A DNA stretch of 45,435 nt from Mariprofundaceae bacterium (GCA_035267815.1 DATFLK010000023.1:1-45435); one strand, 5' to 3'. Shown: positions 1-13,824, counted from the first letter of the stretch. Translations and numbers: made by a program. Notes: a model not told the origin generated them from the letters alone.

Positions 1-840
1 CTGGTCATCGGCCTGACCGTCGTCGCCTTCGGTACCAGCGCACCGGAGCTGGCCGTCAGCGCCAAGGCGGCGCTGGAGGGGATGGGCGGCATCACCATGG
101 GGAACGTCATCGGCTCCAACATTGCCAACATCGCGCTGGTCATCGGCGCCGCCGCCCTAGTTCGCCCGATCGAGGTACACGCGCAGGTGATTCGCTTAGA
201 TATCCCCATCGTCATTGGCGCCTCGCTACTGGTAATCGTCTTCGCCTGGGGCGGTCATCTCTCGCATCTGGAAGGGGGCATCCTGCTGTCCGGACTGATC
301 GCCTATCTGATCTATTCGGTCGTATTGGGTCGGCGGGAGCGGGCGCGCCGGGTGGCCACCGAATTTCAGGCCGAAGTGCCGAAGGGCATGAGCAGCCTCT
401 GGAACGAAATCCTGCTGATGGCCGGCGGAATCGCGCTGCTGGTGGTCGGTTCCGATCAGGTGGTCGAGGGAGCGGTCGCTATCGCCAACCGTTTCGGGGT
501 CAGCAACGCGGTGATCGGCCTGACGCTGATCGCACTAGGAACCAGCCTGCCGGAGCTCGCCACCTCCGTCGTCGCCTCCTACAAACGGCACAGCGACATC
601 GCCATGGGCAACATCATAGGTTCGAACATCTTCAACCTGCTCGGCGTCCTCGGCATCACCGCCGTCATTACGCCGATCGACGTTACGGGCATCTACCCGG
701 TCGACTGGATCATCATGATCGCGCTGGCACTGCTGCTTTTGAGGATGTTGAGGAAGCGCTACACATTGCGCCGCTGGGAGGGGGCCGATCTCTTGGTGAT
801 CTACCTCGCCTACATCGCCTATCTGGTCTACCGGGTCTGA
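1..840 (+). CDS. CaCA-family Ca2+/Na+ antiporter (YrbG-like), 5' end cut by window edge
   Basis: Frame 1 is open from base 1 (LVIGLTVVAFGTSAPELAVS...) and runs into listed ORF 82..840. Both alpha-repeat signatures (GTSAPEL and GTSLPEL) are present. The product is almost entirely hydrophobic helices. Stop TGA 838-840. Confidence 0.8.
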   Translation: MVIGLTVVAFGTSAPELAVSAKAALEGMGGITMGNVIGSNIANIALVIGAAALVRPIEVHAQVIRLDIPIVIGASLLVIVFAWGGHLSHLEGGILLSGLIAYLIYSVVLGRRERARRVATEFQAEVPKGMSSLWNEILLMAGGIALLVVGSDQVVEGAVAIANRFGVSNAVIGLTLIALGTSLPELATSVVASYKRHSDIAMGNIIGSNIFNLLGVLGITAVITPIDVTGIYPVDWIIMIALALLLLRMLRKRYTLRRWEGADLLVIYLAYIAYLVYRV

Positions 841-971
841 GGGAGTCCCTCGCGACCCATCCGTGGGTCGCCAAAATCATGAACATCAGTGATTTATTTT
901 GTGATCAGGGGCGAAACCGCGTTTTCCCTTTAAGTGAATGAATCAGCATACGAAAGTGCTGGTCCATATCC

Positions 972-1592
972 TCACGAAATCCCCCATATCACACGACGGC
1001 CATCGAGCCTGAACCCTTCGTTGACCAGGCGAGCGAGCATAGCGGGGTAGAGCTTGTGCTCCTCGATCTGGATGCGGGCGTGCAGCGAATCGCGGGTATC
1101 GTCGTCCAGCACTGGCACCACCGCCTGGCCCAGAATCGGGCCGCCGTCGAGCACCTCGTCGACCAGATGTACCGTACAGCCGGTCACTTTCACACCGTGC
1201 GTCAATGCATCCTCGACCGCGTGCGCGCCGGCGAAAGCGGGCAGGATTGAGGGATGGATGTTGATAATGCGCCCGCGGAAGCGGCGCACGAACTCGGAGG
1301 ATAGGATGCGCATGTAGCCGGCCAGCACGATCCAGCCACACCCCTGGCTGTCGATCAGGTCAGCGCATGCCGCATCGAAGCTGGCGCGATCGGCATACTC
1401 CTTCGGGTTGATGTGCGTGACATGCGGCACGCCGGCCTCTTTGGCAATCTCCAGAGCCTGTGCGTTAGCCTTGTCCGAGATCACCAGCCGCACCTCCACC
1501 GGGCATTCGCCCGCCTTCACCGCGTCGAGGATCACTTTCAGGTTCGTCCCACGACCGGAGGCCATGACCGCTACCGCTTTAGGATTCATCAT
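972..1592 (-). CDS. purN: phosphoribosylglycinamide formyltransferase
   Basis: 206 aa. N-terminal VMASGRGTNL, central INIHPSILPAF and GCTVHLVDEVLDGGPI blocks are typical of PurN. Lies immediately downstream of purM. Confidence 0.93.
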   Translation of the reverse strand: MMNPKAVAVMASGRGTNLKVILDAVKAGECPVEVRLVISDKANAQALEIAKEAGVPHVTHINPKEYADRASFDAACADLIDSQGCGWIVLAGYMRILSSEFVRRFRGRIINIHPSILPAFAGAHAVEDALTHGVKVTGCTVHLVDEVLDGGPILGQAVVPVLDDDTRDSLHARIQIEEHKLYPAMLARLVNEGFRLDGRRVIWGIS

Positions 1593-1658
1593 AAGTCTTT
1601 GTATTGCCGATTATTATTCTAGTCTGGTTTGCATCTTCCATATGTGAACACTCAAATT

Positions 1659-6251
<4,593 letters not shown>

Positions 6252-6281
6252 GAATCGATCGGCTTCATCCGTCTCCGATCA

Positions 6282-7382
6282 TCAAATCCGCATCGGCATG
6301 ACGACATAGCGCGACACATCATTGCCCTCCTCCATCACCAAGATGGGGGAGAGGGCATCCTTCAGCGCCATACGGACATGAGAAGCGCCCATGACATTCA
6401 GGGTATCGCGGAGATAGCGGGCGTTGAAACCGACCTCGAGCGCAGGGCCATCGTACTCGACTGAGATCGACTCTTCCGCCTCCTCCTGTTCGGTATTGTG
6501 GGCGGAGATCAGCACCTCGCCGCTGCCGAACTGCAGGCGGACATCGTGAGTGAACTCGTTGGCAACGATCATGATCCTCCGTAACACCTGGTCGAAGGCG
6601 GTGCGCTCCACCCGGACGATGGTCGGGTTACCGGAGGGGATCACATCCTCGTAGTTGGGGAAGCGGGCATCGATCAGCTTGGAGGTCAGGCAGTGGTCGC
6701 CAGCGGTCAGGCGCACCTGGCGCTCGCCGAGGCAGAGCTCCACTTCGCCACCCACCTCCTCGCAGAGCTTGCGTATCTCCATGACGGCCTTGCGCGGTAC
6801 GATCACCTGTGTCGGCTCGACACTCTTGCCCAGCGGGGTGCCGGTCATGCCCAAACGGTGCCCGTCGGTAGCGATCAGATTCAGGCTTCCCTTCTGGTCC
6901 AGCTCGAAAAGGGTACCGGTCAGATACTTGCGTGTTTCGTCACTGGACATGGCGAATGCGGTAGCGCCGATCATGCCGGCCAGGTCGCTGCTCTCGAGCG
7001 ATACGCCGGTGCAGTCGGCATCCTCCTGAATGGCCGGGAAGTCGTCGGCCGGAAGGGTGGCCAGACGAAACTTCGAGCGTCCGCTTTTGATATGCATGAA
7101 CGCATCATCGATCGTCGCCTCGACCTCCGCCTCATTATCGAGCTCCTTGAGGATATCGAAAAGCTTGCGGGCGGAGACTGTGATACTGCCAGGCTCCCTG
7201 ATCGTGGCCGGAACGGAAGTGCGGATTCCCACCTCGAGATCGTTGGCGGTGATGCGAAGCCCCTGATCGGTGGCTTCCAGCAGGATATTGGCCATGATGG
7301 GAACCGTGTGCCTGCGTTCCACAATACTCTGACAGCGTTGAACCGCTTGCAGGATATGTTGTCTGGGCAAGGTGAACTGCAT
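6282..7382 (-). CDS. dnaN: DNA polymerase III beta sliding clamp
   Basis: 366 aa. Full-length beta-clamp-like translation (MQFTLPR...VMPMRI) in the conserved position between dnaA and recF. Confidence 0.96.
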   Translation of the reverse strand: MQFTLPRQHILQAVQRCQSIVERRHTVPIMANILLEATDQGLRITANDLEVGIRTSVPATIREPGSITVSARKLFDILKELDNEAEVEATIDDAFMHIKSGRSKFRLATLPADDFPAIQEDADCTGVSLESSDLAGMIGATAFAMSSDETRKYLTGTLFELDQKGSLNLIATDGHRLGMTGTPLGKSVEPTQVIVPRKAVMEIRKLCEEVGGEVELCLGERQVRLTAGDHCLTSKLIDARFPNYEDVIPSGNPTIVRVERTAFDQVLRRIMIVANEFTHDVRLQFGSGEVLISAHNTEQEEAEESISVEYDGPALEVGFNARYLRDTLNVMGASHVRMALKDALSPILVMEEGNDVSRYVVMPMRI

Positions 7383-7668
7383 GACTGATGACTCCCTTTT
7401 GGTATGAGACCGTATTTATATCAAATGATTAATCGTCATCATAGTGTTTGTGAGTATTGTGAGTAACCTGAAAAAACGAGCCGTATCAGACCATTGAAGC
7501 CGGTCTCGGTTGTGCATGATTGGTACCTGGACCTGGGTATGGATTGGGTACCGGTTTGGGCATCCCTCGTTTGGGAGCATGCATGAGAAGTTGTTCACAT
7601 GATGTGCACATCTTCTGCCTGCACTTATCCAGTGGTTGTTCAGTGTAGATGGGAATGGTCGAAAAGGC
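7383..7668. promoter_or_regulatory. dnaA-dnaN spacer: candidate oriC / dnaN promoter region
   Basis: Largest non-coding gap next to dnaA. Strongly AT-rich tract about 7411-7476. 9-mers two mismatches from the DnaA box TTATCCACA/TGTGGATAA lie at 7458-7466, 7511-7519, 7591-7599 and 7625-7633 (TTATCCAgt). Tandem TGTGAGTA(T/A) at 7449-7466. 19-nt near-palindrome at 7592-7610. No perfect DnaA box. Confidence 0.35.
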
Positions 7669-9000
7669 CTAGGATTTGAGCAGCTGAAGGATGCGTTCCA
7701 CCTCTTCGCGGAACTCGTCCGATTCGCCCATCATCCGTTCCACCTTGCGCACGGCATAGAGGATTGTGGTGTGATCCTTGCCGCCGAAGCGCTCACCGAT
7801 ATCGGGCAGCGACAGGGTGGTCAGATCTTTACTGGCATACATGGCGATCTGTCTTGGGAAGGCGACGTTGCGGGAGCGTTTGGAAGAGCGCATGTCCTGG
7901 ATGCGGATGTTGTAGTAGTTGGCGATCTTCTTTTGGATATCCTCCACCGATACGGCCCGCACCTCCTCATGCAGCAGGTCACGCAGCACATGTTTGGCGA
8001 AGTCCATGTTGATCGTCTTTCCGGTCAGTGTGGCATGGGCGGTCAGCCGGGTCAGTGCCCCTTCCAGTTCACGAACGTTACTGGTGATCCGAGAGGCGAG
8101 AAGATAGGCAACATCCTCCGGCAGGCTGACACCGGCCAGCTCCGCCTTGCGTGCCAGAATCGCCAGTCTTGTCTCCAGGTCGGGCGGCTGGATATCGGCG
8201 ACAAGACCCCAGTTGAAGCGTGATTTAAGTCGCTCTTCAAGGTGGTTCATCTCACGCGGCGAGCGGTCGGAGGTCAGGATGATCTGTTTGCGCACCTCGT
8301 AGAGCGCGTTGAAGGTATGGAAGAATTCCTCCTGCGTACTGGCCTTGCCGGCGATGAACTGGACATCATCGATGATCAGGACATCCACCTGTCGGTAACG
8401 GTGCCGGAACTGCTGAGTAGCGCCGTTTCGGATGGCCGTGATTAGCTCGTTGGTGAAACGCTCGCTGGTGCGATAGGCAATCTTGGTACCGTCCTTCTCC
8501 AACAGGCTGTTGGCGACGGCGTTGATCAGGTGGGTCTTGCCCAGGCCGACGCCACCGTGGATGTAGAGCGGGTTGTAGATCTCGCCCGGCTGGTCGGCCA
8601 CGGCACGGCAGGCGGCGTAGCAGAACTCGTTGCTGGAACCGACCACAAAGTTGGCGAAGGTGAAGCGGGGATCGATAAAGCCGTCGACGCTGCCGGAGTT
8701 GGCTTCGGGTTTGCGTTTGGCTTCGGGCTCCGGCATGACGGCCAGCGAGCTGTCGACACAAAAGGCGACCTGGGTTTCGGACCCGAATTCGCGGGTCGCG
8801 ATTTCCTCGATCTGTTTCTGGTAGCGGTCGCGCAGGCCGTCGAGAAAGAAGCGACTGGGTGTGCAGAGGGTCAGACAGTGCCCCTCGACCCGTACCTGAA
8901 CGGGACGTATCCACGCATCGAACCGGGCTGCCGGCACCTGTTCGGCCAGTATCTCCACGATTTTCTGCCAGTTGAGAGGATTGTCACGACCATCCGCCAT
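7669..9000 (-). CDS. dnaA: chromosomal replication initiator DnaA
   Basis: AAA+ Walker A GGVGLGKTHL, Walker B LIIDDVQF, C-terminal DNA-binding domain (IGERFGGKDHTTILYAVRKV). The track ORF starts at 9033, but the ATG at 9000 (MADGRDNPLNWQKIV...) gives a typical DnaA N-terminus. The start is uncertain by 11 codons. Confidence 0.95.
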   Translation of the reverse strand: MADGRDNPLNWQKIVEILAEQVPAARFDAWIRPVQVRVEGHCLTLCTPSRFFLDGLRDRYQKQIEEIATREFGSETQVAFCVDSSLAVMPEPEAKRKPEANSGSVDGFIDPRFTFANFVVGSSNEFCYAACRAVADQPGEIYNPLYIHGGVGLGKTHLINAVANSLLEKDGTKIAYRTSERFTNELITAIRNGATQQFRHRYRQVDVLIIDDVQFIAGKASTQEEFFHTFNALYEVRKQIILTSDRSPREMNHLEERLKSRFNWGLVADIQPPDLETRLAILARKAELAGVSLPEDVAYLLASRITSNVRELEGALTRLTAHATLTGKTINMDFAKHVLRDLLHEEVRAVSVEDIQKKIANYYNIRIQDMRSSKRSRNVAFPRQIAMYASKDLTTLSLPDIGERFGGKDHTTILYAVRKVERMMGESDEFREEVERILQLLKS

Positions 9001-9052
9001 AATCCCAATAGTACATACTCCACCCGGATGCATCTATGCCCGAAACAGTCGC

Positions 9053-9080
9053 TTGACAGCATCCACACCTTCCCTACCAT
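9053..9080 (+). promoter_or_regulatory. putative sigma70-type rpmH promoter with DnaA-box-like element in the spacer
   Basis: TTGACA (9053-9058), a 16-nt spacer, then TACCAT (9075-9080), about 30 nt upstream of the rpmH ATG. gcATCCACA (9059-9067) matches 7/9 of the DnaA box. Motif-level evidence only. Confidence 0.3.
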
Positions 9081-9110
9081 TCGCTGCCCTTATTTTCCCA
9101 GGAGTAGGCC

Positions 9111-9245
9111 ATGAGTTTTACGTACAAACCAAGCCGGGTACGCCGCGCACGCACACACGGGTTTCGCGCGCGCATGTCGACCCGTTCCGGACGCGCCATC
9201 ATCAATCGCAGACGTGCCAAAGGGCGCAAGCGCCTGACACGCTGA
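9111..9245 (+). CDS. rpmH: 50S ribosomal protein L34
   Basis: Not in the ORF track (44 aa). Hand translation gives [44 protein letters not shown], a textbook L34. GGAG at 9101-9104 lies 6 nt before the ATG. Stop TGA 9243-9245. Confidence 0.95.
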   Translation: MSFTYKPSRVRRARTHGFRARMSTRSGRAIINRRRAKGRKRLTR

Positions 9246-9592
9246 AACACGGATTTCCACCATGCTTTCGGCTCCGGACGAAAGCGGATTTTGGCGCTTT
9301 GAGGCGCGGGCGCAGGTTCACCATGGGTGGCCTGCGCTTTGTTTATACACCCAACCGGGCATCGCATGCCCGTCTGGGCCTGGCGGTATCGAGGCGGTAT
9401 GGTAATGCCGTGCGGAGAAACCGCTTGAAGCGGCAATTGCGGGCATTCTTCCGCCAGAGTCCCATGCGTGAGCTGGAAGTGGATATTCTGGTCACGCCCG
9501 TGACCGACTGGACACGGATGGAGAATGTGTATAGTGACATGCACAGGGGGCTGGAGCGCATTATGCGGCGATTGCAGCGGGAGGCATCGTGA
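9242..9592 (+). CDS. rnpA: ribonuclease P protein component
   Basis: RNR motif region [24 protein letters not shown]. The conserved N-terminal FP..FRL....F block lies upstream of the only in-frame ATG (9323). I therefore propose a CTG at 9242 overlapping the rpmH stop (alternatives TTG 9299, ATG 9323). The track ORF from 8972 is an artefactual extension. Confidence 0.8.
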   Translation: MKHGFPPCFRLRTKADFGALRRGRRFTMGGLRFVYTPNRASHARLGLAVSRRYGNAVRRNRLKRQLRAFFRQSPMRELEVDILVTPVTDWTRMENVYSDMHRGLERIMRRLQREAS

Positions 9593-9822
9593 GACGGGTG
9601 ATGATCGGTCTGATCCGCTTCTACCAGTGGGCCATCTCGCCGCTGATGCCGGCGCGTTGTATCCACTATCCGACCTGTTCCCAGTATACAGTTGAATCCA
9701 TCCAGCGGTTCGGCCCGGTATACGGGCTATGGCTGGCGATTCGCCGTCTGTTGAAATGCCACCCCTTTGCCCGGGGAGGTTATGACCCGGTGCCGGAGAA
9801 GCGGCATATTCTTTCCCGGTAA
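9589..9822 (+). CDS. yidD: membrane protein insertion efficiency factor YidD
   Basis: 77 aa. IRFYQWAISP, YPTCSQY and KCHPF.RGGYDPVP blocks. GTG 9589 overlaps the rnpA stop (GTGA). ATG 9601 is an alternative start. Confidence 0.9.
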   Translation: MRRVMIGLIRFYQWAISPLMPARCIHYPTCSQYTVESIQRFGPVYGLWLAIRRLLKCHPFARGGYDPVPEKRHILSR

Positions 9823-9844
9823 CGGCCGGAGGAGTTGATAGTAT

Positions 9845-11440
9845 ATGGAACAGCGTAACATTATTTTGGCGTTCGCCCTCTCAATGGCCGTGCTGCTGGG
9901 CTGGCAGCTGATGCTGCCGAAGCAGGAGAATGGTAAATCCGCGGTATCGCAGGGCAGCTCGCTGCCGGGCAAGGATGGAAGCCCGGCAGCGGCGCAGACG
10001 GCCGCCAAGCCGGCCTCCCCGGCATCGTCCACTGCGACGGCTGCAGCCGACTCCTCCGCAACATCCGGTGTGACCCCGAAAGAGGTAAAAGCGGAGAAGA
10101 TCGGCGAGCTTTCCAACAACGTGGTGACGATCGACGTCAACTCCCGCGGTGCTCTGGTTTCGGCCCGAATGAAGAATTATCGCGAATCGATCAAGCGCGG
10201 TTCGCCGCCGGTGGCGGTGCTTCACCAGTCGAAGGCGAGGGCCTCCTATATCAATGCCGGTATCTTGGGCCATGAGACCCCGACCTTCCATGTTGTTGCC
10301 GCCGACCGGCATTCGCTGACCATGCAGGCCACGCTGTCGGATGGCCGGGTCTGGGAGAGGAAGTTGACGCTGGCACCCGGTTCCTACGACCTCCATGAGG
10401 AGGACAGGATTCGCAACGGCAAGGGACTCAAGGTGTTCTACCAGGTGGTGGCGCGCAACCCAGACTCCGAGGGCTCTTCACGTTACGAGTTCCGCGGTGC
10501 GGTAGCGCTTCTGCATGACAAGCTGAAGACCACCAAGTACGAGGACTTGGACAAGGATGGCGCCATGCAGGTCTCCGCCAAGGGCGGGTGGACCGGTATC
10601 ATGAACCGCTACTTCATCGCTTCGGTGATCGGTGACCAAAAGCTTGGCAACCGCTACTATTTCAAGGGCGATGGTCAGGTCTATCAGGCCGGCCTGATCA
10701 CCAAGGGAGAGCAGGCCGGGAGCGATGCCGTCTACCACATCCAGATGTATGTCGGTCCGAAATCGATCCCGATTCTCAAGAAGCTGAACGTCGGCCTGGA
10801 GCGCTGTGTCGACTTCGGCTGGATCGCCTTCATCGCCAAGCCGATGCACAGCTTCCTGCTGCTGCTGCACAATTATATCTCCAACTTCGGTCTCTGCATT
10901 ATTCTACTGGTGGTGCTGATCAAGCTTATTTTCTTCTGGCCGACCAAGAAGTCGTACGAATCGATGGCCGGTATGCGCAAGCTGCAGCCCGAGATGCAGC
11001 GCATGAAGGAGCAGTACGGCGACGATCGCCAAAAGATGGGCCAGGAGATGATGGCGCTCTATAAGAAGCACAAGGTCAACCCGATGGGCGGCTGCTTGCC
11101 GATTATCATCCAGATCCCGGTCTTCTTCTCGCTTTACAAGACGCTTCTGATCTCCATCGAGCTGCGCCACGCGCCCTTTTTCGGATGGATTCACGATCTT
11201 TCGGCCATGGATCCCTTCTATGTGCTGCCGGTCCTGATGGGCGCCTCGATGCTGGTGCAGCAGAAGCTGAACCCGGCACCACCGGACCCGATGCAGGCCA
11301 AGATCATGCGCTTCATGCCGATTATCTTCACGGTGATGTTTCTCTTCTTCCCGTCCGGCCTGGTGCTCTACTGGCTGGTCAACAACGTCCTCTCGATTGC
11401 CCAGCAGTGGCATGTCATGAAGGCGCAGAAGGCCATCTAG
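9845..11440 (+). CDS. yidC: membrane protein insertase YidC
   Basis: 531 aa. N-terminal TM, an Ala/Ser/Pro-rich linker, a large periplasmic domain, and the C-terminal insertase core (KLQPEMQRMKEQYGDDRQKM, GCLPIIIQIPVFFSLY). Conserved rnpA-yidD-yidC order. Confidence 0.95.
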   Translation: MEQRNIILAFALSMAVLLGWQLMLPKQENGKSAVSQGSSLPGKDGSPAAAQTAAKPASPASSTATAAADSSATSGVTPKEVKAEKIGELSNNVVTIDVNSRGALVSARMKNYRESIKRGSPPVAVLHQSKARASYINAGILGHETPTFHVVAADRHSLTMQATLSDGRVWERKLTLAPGSYDLHEEDRIRNGKGLKVFYQVVARNPDSEGSSRYEFRGAVALLHDKLKTTKYEDLDKDGAMQVSAKGGWTGIMNRYFIASVIGDQKLGNRYYFKGDGQVYQAGLITKGEQAGSDAVYHIQMYVGPKSIPILKKLNVGLERCVDFGWIAFIAKPMHSFLLLLHNYISNFGLCIILLVVLIKLIFFWPTKKSYESMAGMRKLQPEMQRMKEQYGDDRQKMGQEMMALYKKHKVNPMGGCLPIIIQIPVFFSLYKTLLISIELRHAPFFGWIHDLSAMDPFYVLPVLMGASMLVQQKLNPAPPDPMQAKIMRFMPIIFTVMFLFFPSGLVLYWLVNNVLSIAQQWHVMKAQKAI

Positions 11441-11447
11441 ACGCCGC

Positions 11448-12764
11448 ATGACAGCGACCATCGCGGCTGTTGCGACGCCGCCCGGAAGGGGCGGCGTCGG
11501 CATAATCCGCCTCTCCGGTCCCGATGCGGTCCCGATCTCGCTGGGACTCTGCCGCCGTGAATCGGTGTGGAGACCGCGCCATGCCCACTGCACCCGCTTT
11601 CTCGATCATGACGGAGAGGTGATCGATGAGGGACTGCTGCTCTACTTTCCGGCTCCCTTCTCCTATACCGGCGAGGATGTCATTGAGTGCCAGATTCATG
11701 GCAGTCCGGTGCTGCTGGAGTCGCTGCTGCGTCGCCTGTTCGGGTTGGGAGCGGTGGCAGCGGAGCCGGGCGCTTTTACCCGTCGGGCTGTCGAGAACGG
11801 CAAGATGGATCTGTCGCAGGCGGAGGCGGTGGTGGCCTGTATCGATGCAGCCACAGAGCGCGCTGCCCGGCAGGCGCAGCGCCACCTTCAGGGGGAGTTC
11901 GGCCGACTGATCGAGGGGTTGATGCATGAACTGACCGATGCGGTGGCTCATATCGAGGCATGCCTTGATTTTCCCGAGGAAGAGATCCCCGACCTTCTAT
12001 CGGCTCAGGTGCGCCGGACGGTGCAGACAAGGCTGCTGGAGCCGATCGAGGGTCTGCTGGCGCGGGCGTCGTTCGGAGAGCGGCTCTTCGACGGGGCGCG
12101 CATCGCCATCATCGGTGCTCCCAACGTGGGCAAGTCGAGCCTGATGAATGTACTTTCGGGGCGCGACCGTGCGATCGTCAGCGATACGGCCGGAACCACC
12201 CGGGATGTGCTGGAGCTCGATTTCGAGGTGCACGGGATTCCGGTACGACTACTGGATACGGCCGGATTACGGGTTAGCGGGGATGCGATCGAACAGGAGG
12301 GGGTCCGGCGTGCCAGGCATGCAGCCGGTGAGGCGGATGTGGTGGTCTTTGTCGCCGATGCGACCCGTCCGGATACATGGGTGTGTGATGAGCTAGCGCA
12401 GCTGAGGGTGCTCAACAAGGTCGATCTCTGCGATTCCGGTTCCATACCCGATGGATTTCTTCCTGTCAGTGCCCGACAGGGTCAGGGCGTGGCGGTGTTT
12501 GTCGATCGGCTGGCGGCACTGCTTGGTGAGATACAGGCCGGGGAAGAGGGGCTCTTTGTCACGCGCCATCGCCACGAGCAGTGTCTGCGCATGACTCGCG
12601 ATCAGCTCGAGAAGGGAATCGTCATGCTGGACGATCACGACCGCTGGGAACTGGTCGCCCTGGAGTGGCGGCGTGCCTGGAGCGCGCTCGGCGAGATTGT
12701 CGGTGTCGGCGATGTCGAGTTCATTCTTGATCGCGTCTTTTCGCAATTCTGTATCGGTAAATAG
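11448..12764 (+). CDS. mnmE: tRNA modification GTPase MnmE
   Basis: 438 aa. N-terminal IAAVATPPGRGGVGIIRLSG, G-domain GAPNVGKSSLMN / DTAGLR / NKVDL, and the C-terminal FCIGK motif. Confidence 0.95.
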   Translation: MTATIAAVATPPGRGGVGIIRLSGPDAVPISLGLCRRESVWRPRHAHCTRFLDHDGEVIDEGLLLYFPAPFSYTGEDVIECQIHGSPVLLESLLRRLFGLGAVAAEPGAFTRRAVENGKMDLSQAEAVVACIDAATERAARQAQRHLQGEFGRLIEGLMHELTDAVAHIEACLDFPEEEIPDLLSAQVRRTVQTRLLEPIEGLLARASFGERLFDGARIAIIGAPNVGKSSLMNVLSGRDRAIVSDTAGTTRDVLELDFEVHGIPVRLLDTAGLRVSGDAIEQEGVRRARHAAGEADVVVFVADATRPDTWVCDELAQLRVLNKVDLCDSGSIPDGFLPVSARQGQGVAVFVDRLAALLGEIQAGEEGLFVTRHRHEQCLRMTRDQLEKGIVMLDDHDRWELVALEWRRAWSALGEIVGVGDVEFILDRVFSQFCIGK

Positions 12765-12902
12765 CGCCGGATACGACGTTTTCCTTGAATAGCTGATGCG
12801 ACCCGCGTCATAATGGGCCGGTTTTGAATTATAAAGGCGGGGCGGCTAGGGGCCCCGAAAGTTTCTTTAAATATTTGATTTCATTGGTTTTAGGGGTAAT
12901 TT

Positions 12903-13769
12903 ATGTCTGTAAAGCACCCGGTTATTTCAATTACCGGATCATCTGGTGCCGGTACGAGCACGGCAAAGGTTGCACTGGAGCATATCTTCCGTCGCGAGAA
13001 GATCTCGCCGGCAGTGGTCGAAGGTGACTGTTTCCACAAGTTTGATCGCGCCGGTTTCAAGGCGGCAGCGGCCGAATATGAGCAGAAGGGCAAGCGTCTG
13101 AGTCATTTCTCTCCCGATGCGAACCTGTTCGGGGAACTGGCACAGCTGTTCAAGGATTACGGCGACTCGGGCCAGGGCACGGCCCGCAAGTACCTTCATG
13201 ACGAAGCAGAGGCGGAGCCCTACGGGCAGAAGCCGGGTACCTTCACGCCGTGGGAGACTATTGGTGCCGACAGCGACCTTCTTTTTTATGAGGGTTTGCA
13301 CGGCGGTGTGCCCGAGGTGGCACCGTATACCGACCTGTTGATGGGCATTGTGCCCGTGGTCAATCTCGAATGGATTCAGAAGATTCACCGCGATACGCAG
13401 ATGCGCGGCTATTCGCCCGAGGCGGTGGTCGATAACATCCTGCAGCGAATGCACGACTACGTGCACTACATCACGCCGCAGTTCGGCCATACGGATATTA
13501 ACTTCCAGCGCGTGCCGCTGGTGGATACTTCCGATCCCTTCATCGCCCGCGATGTGCCGACACCGGACGAGAGCCTGGTGGTGATCCGTTTCAGGGAGCC
13601 GCAGAAGTGGAACGTCGACTTCCCGTGGCTGGTCTCCATGCTGAAGGACGCCTTTATGTCACGGCGTAATACGCTGGTTGTCCCGGCCGGCAAGATGATG
13701 CTGGCGATGGAGCTGATCCTTGCGCCGATCATTCACGACATCATGGAGGCGAAGCGCAAGGCCTCCTGA
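12903..13769 (+). CDS. prk: phosphoribulokinase (bacterial type)
   Basis: 288 aa. P-loop ITGSSGAGTST followed by a bacterial PRK-like sequence along its whole length (FYEGLHGGV..., NLEWIQKIHRD). AGGGG RBS 6 nt before the ATG. Its own terminator lies downstream. Confidence 0.9.
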   Translation: MSVKHPVISITGSSGAGTSTAKVALEHIFRREKISPAVVEGDCFHKFDRAGFKAAAAEYEQKGKRLSHFSPDANLFGELAQLFKDYGDSGQGTARKYLHDEAEAEPYGQKPGTFTPWETIGADSDLLFYEGLHGGVPEVAPYTDLLMGIVPVVNLEWIQKIHRDTQMRGYSPEAVVDNILQRMHDYVHYITPQFGHTDINFQRVPLVDTSDPFIARDVPTPDESLVVIRFREPQKWNVDFPWLVSMLKDAFMSRRNTLVVPAGKMMLAMELILAPIIHDIMEAKRKAS

Positions 13770-13796
13770 TCCGCGTTCGATAGCATGACTGAAGAG

Positions 13797-13824
13797 GGGA
13801 GGGCGTTTTCGCCCTCCCTTTTTG
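13797..13824 (+). terminator. rho-independent terminator after prk
   Basis: GGGAGGGCG (13797-13805), loop TTTT, CGCCCTCCC (13810-13818), followed by TTTTTG. Confidence 0.75.

Noticed and set aside
852-871. 8-bp stem-loop GCGACCCA-TCCG-TGGGTCGC after the antiporter gene
   Set aside because: No U-tract follows on either strand, so it could be a weak or Rho-assisted terminator or have no function. Not reported as a feature.
8972-9322. Long N-terminal extension of the rnpA ORF spanning the dnaA start, the promoter region and all of rpmH
   Set aside because: It would overlap dnaA and rpmH completely, and the extension has no similarity to RnpA. rnpA was trimmed to start at or after 9242.
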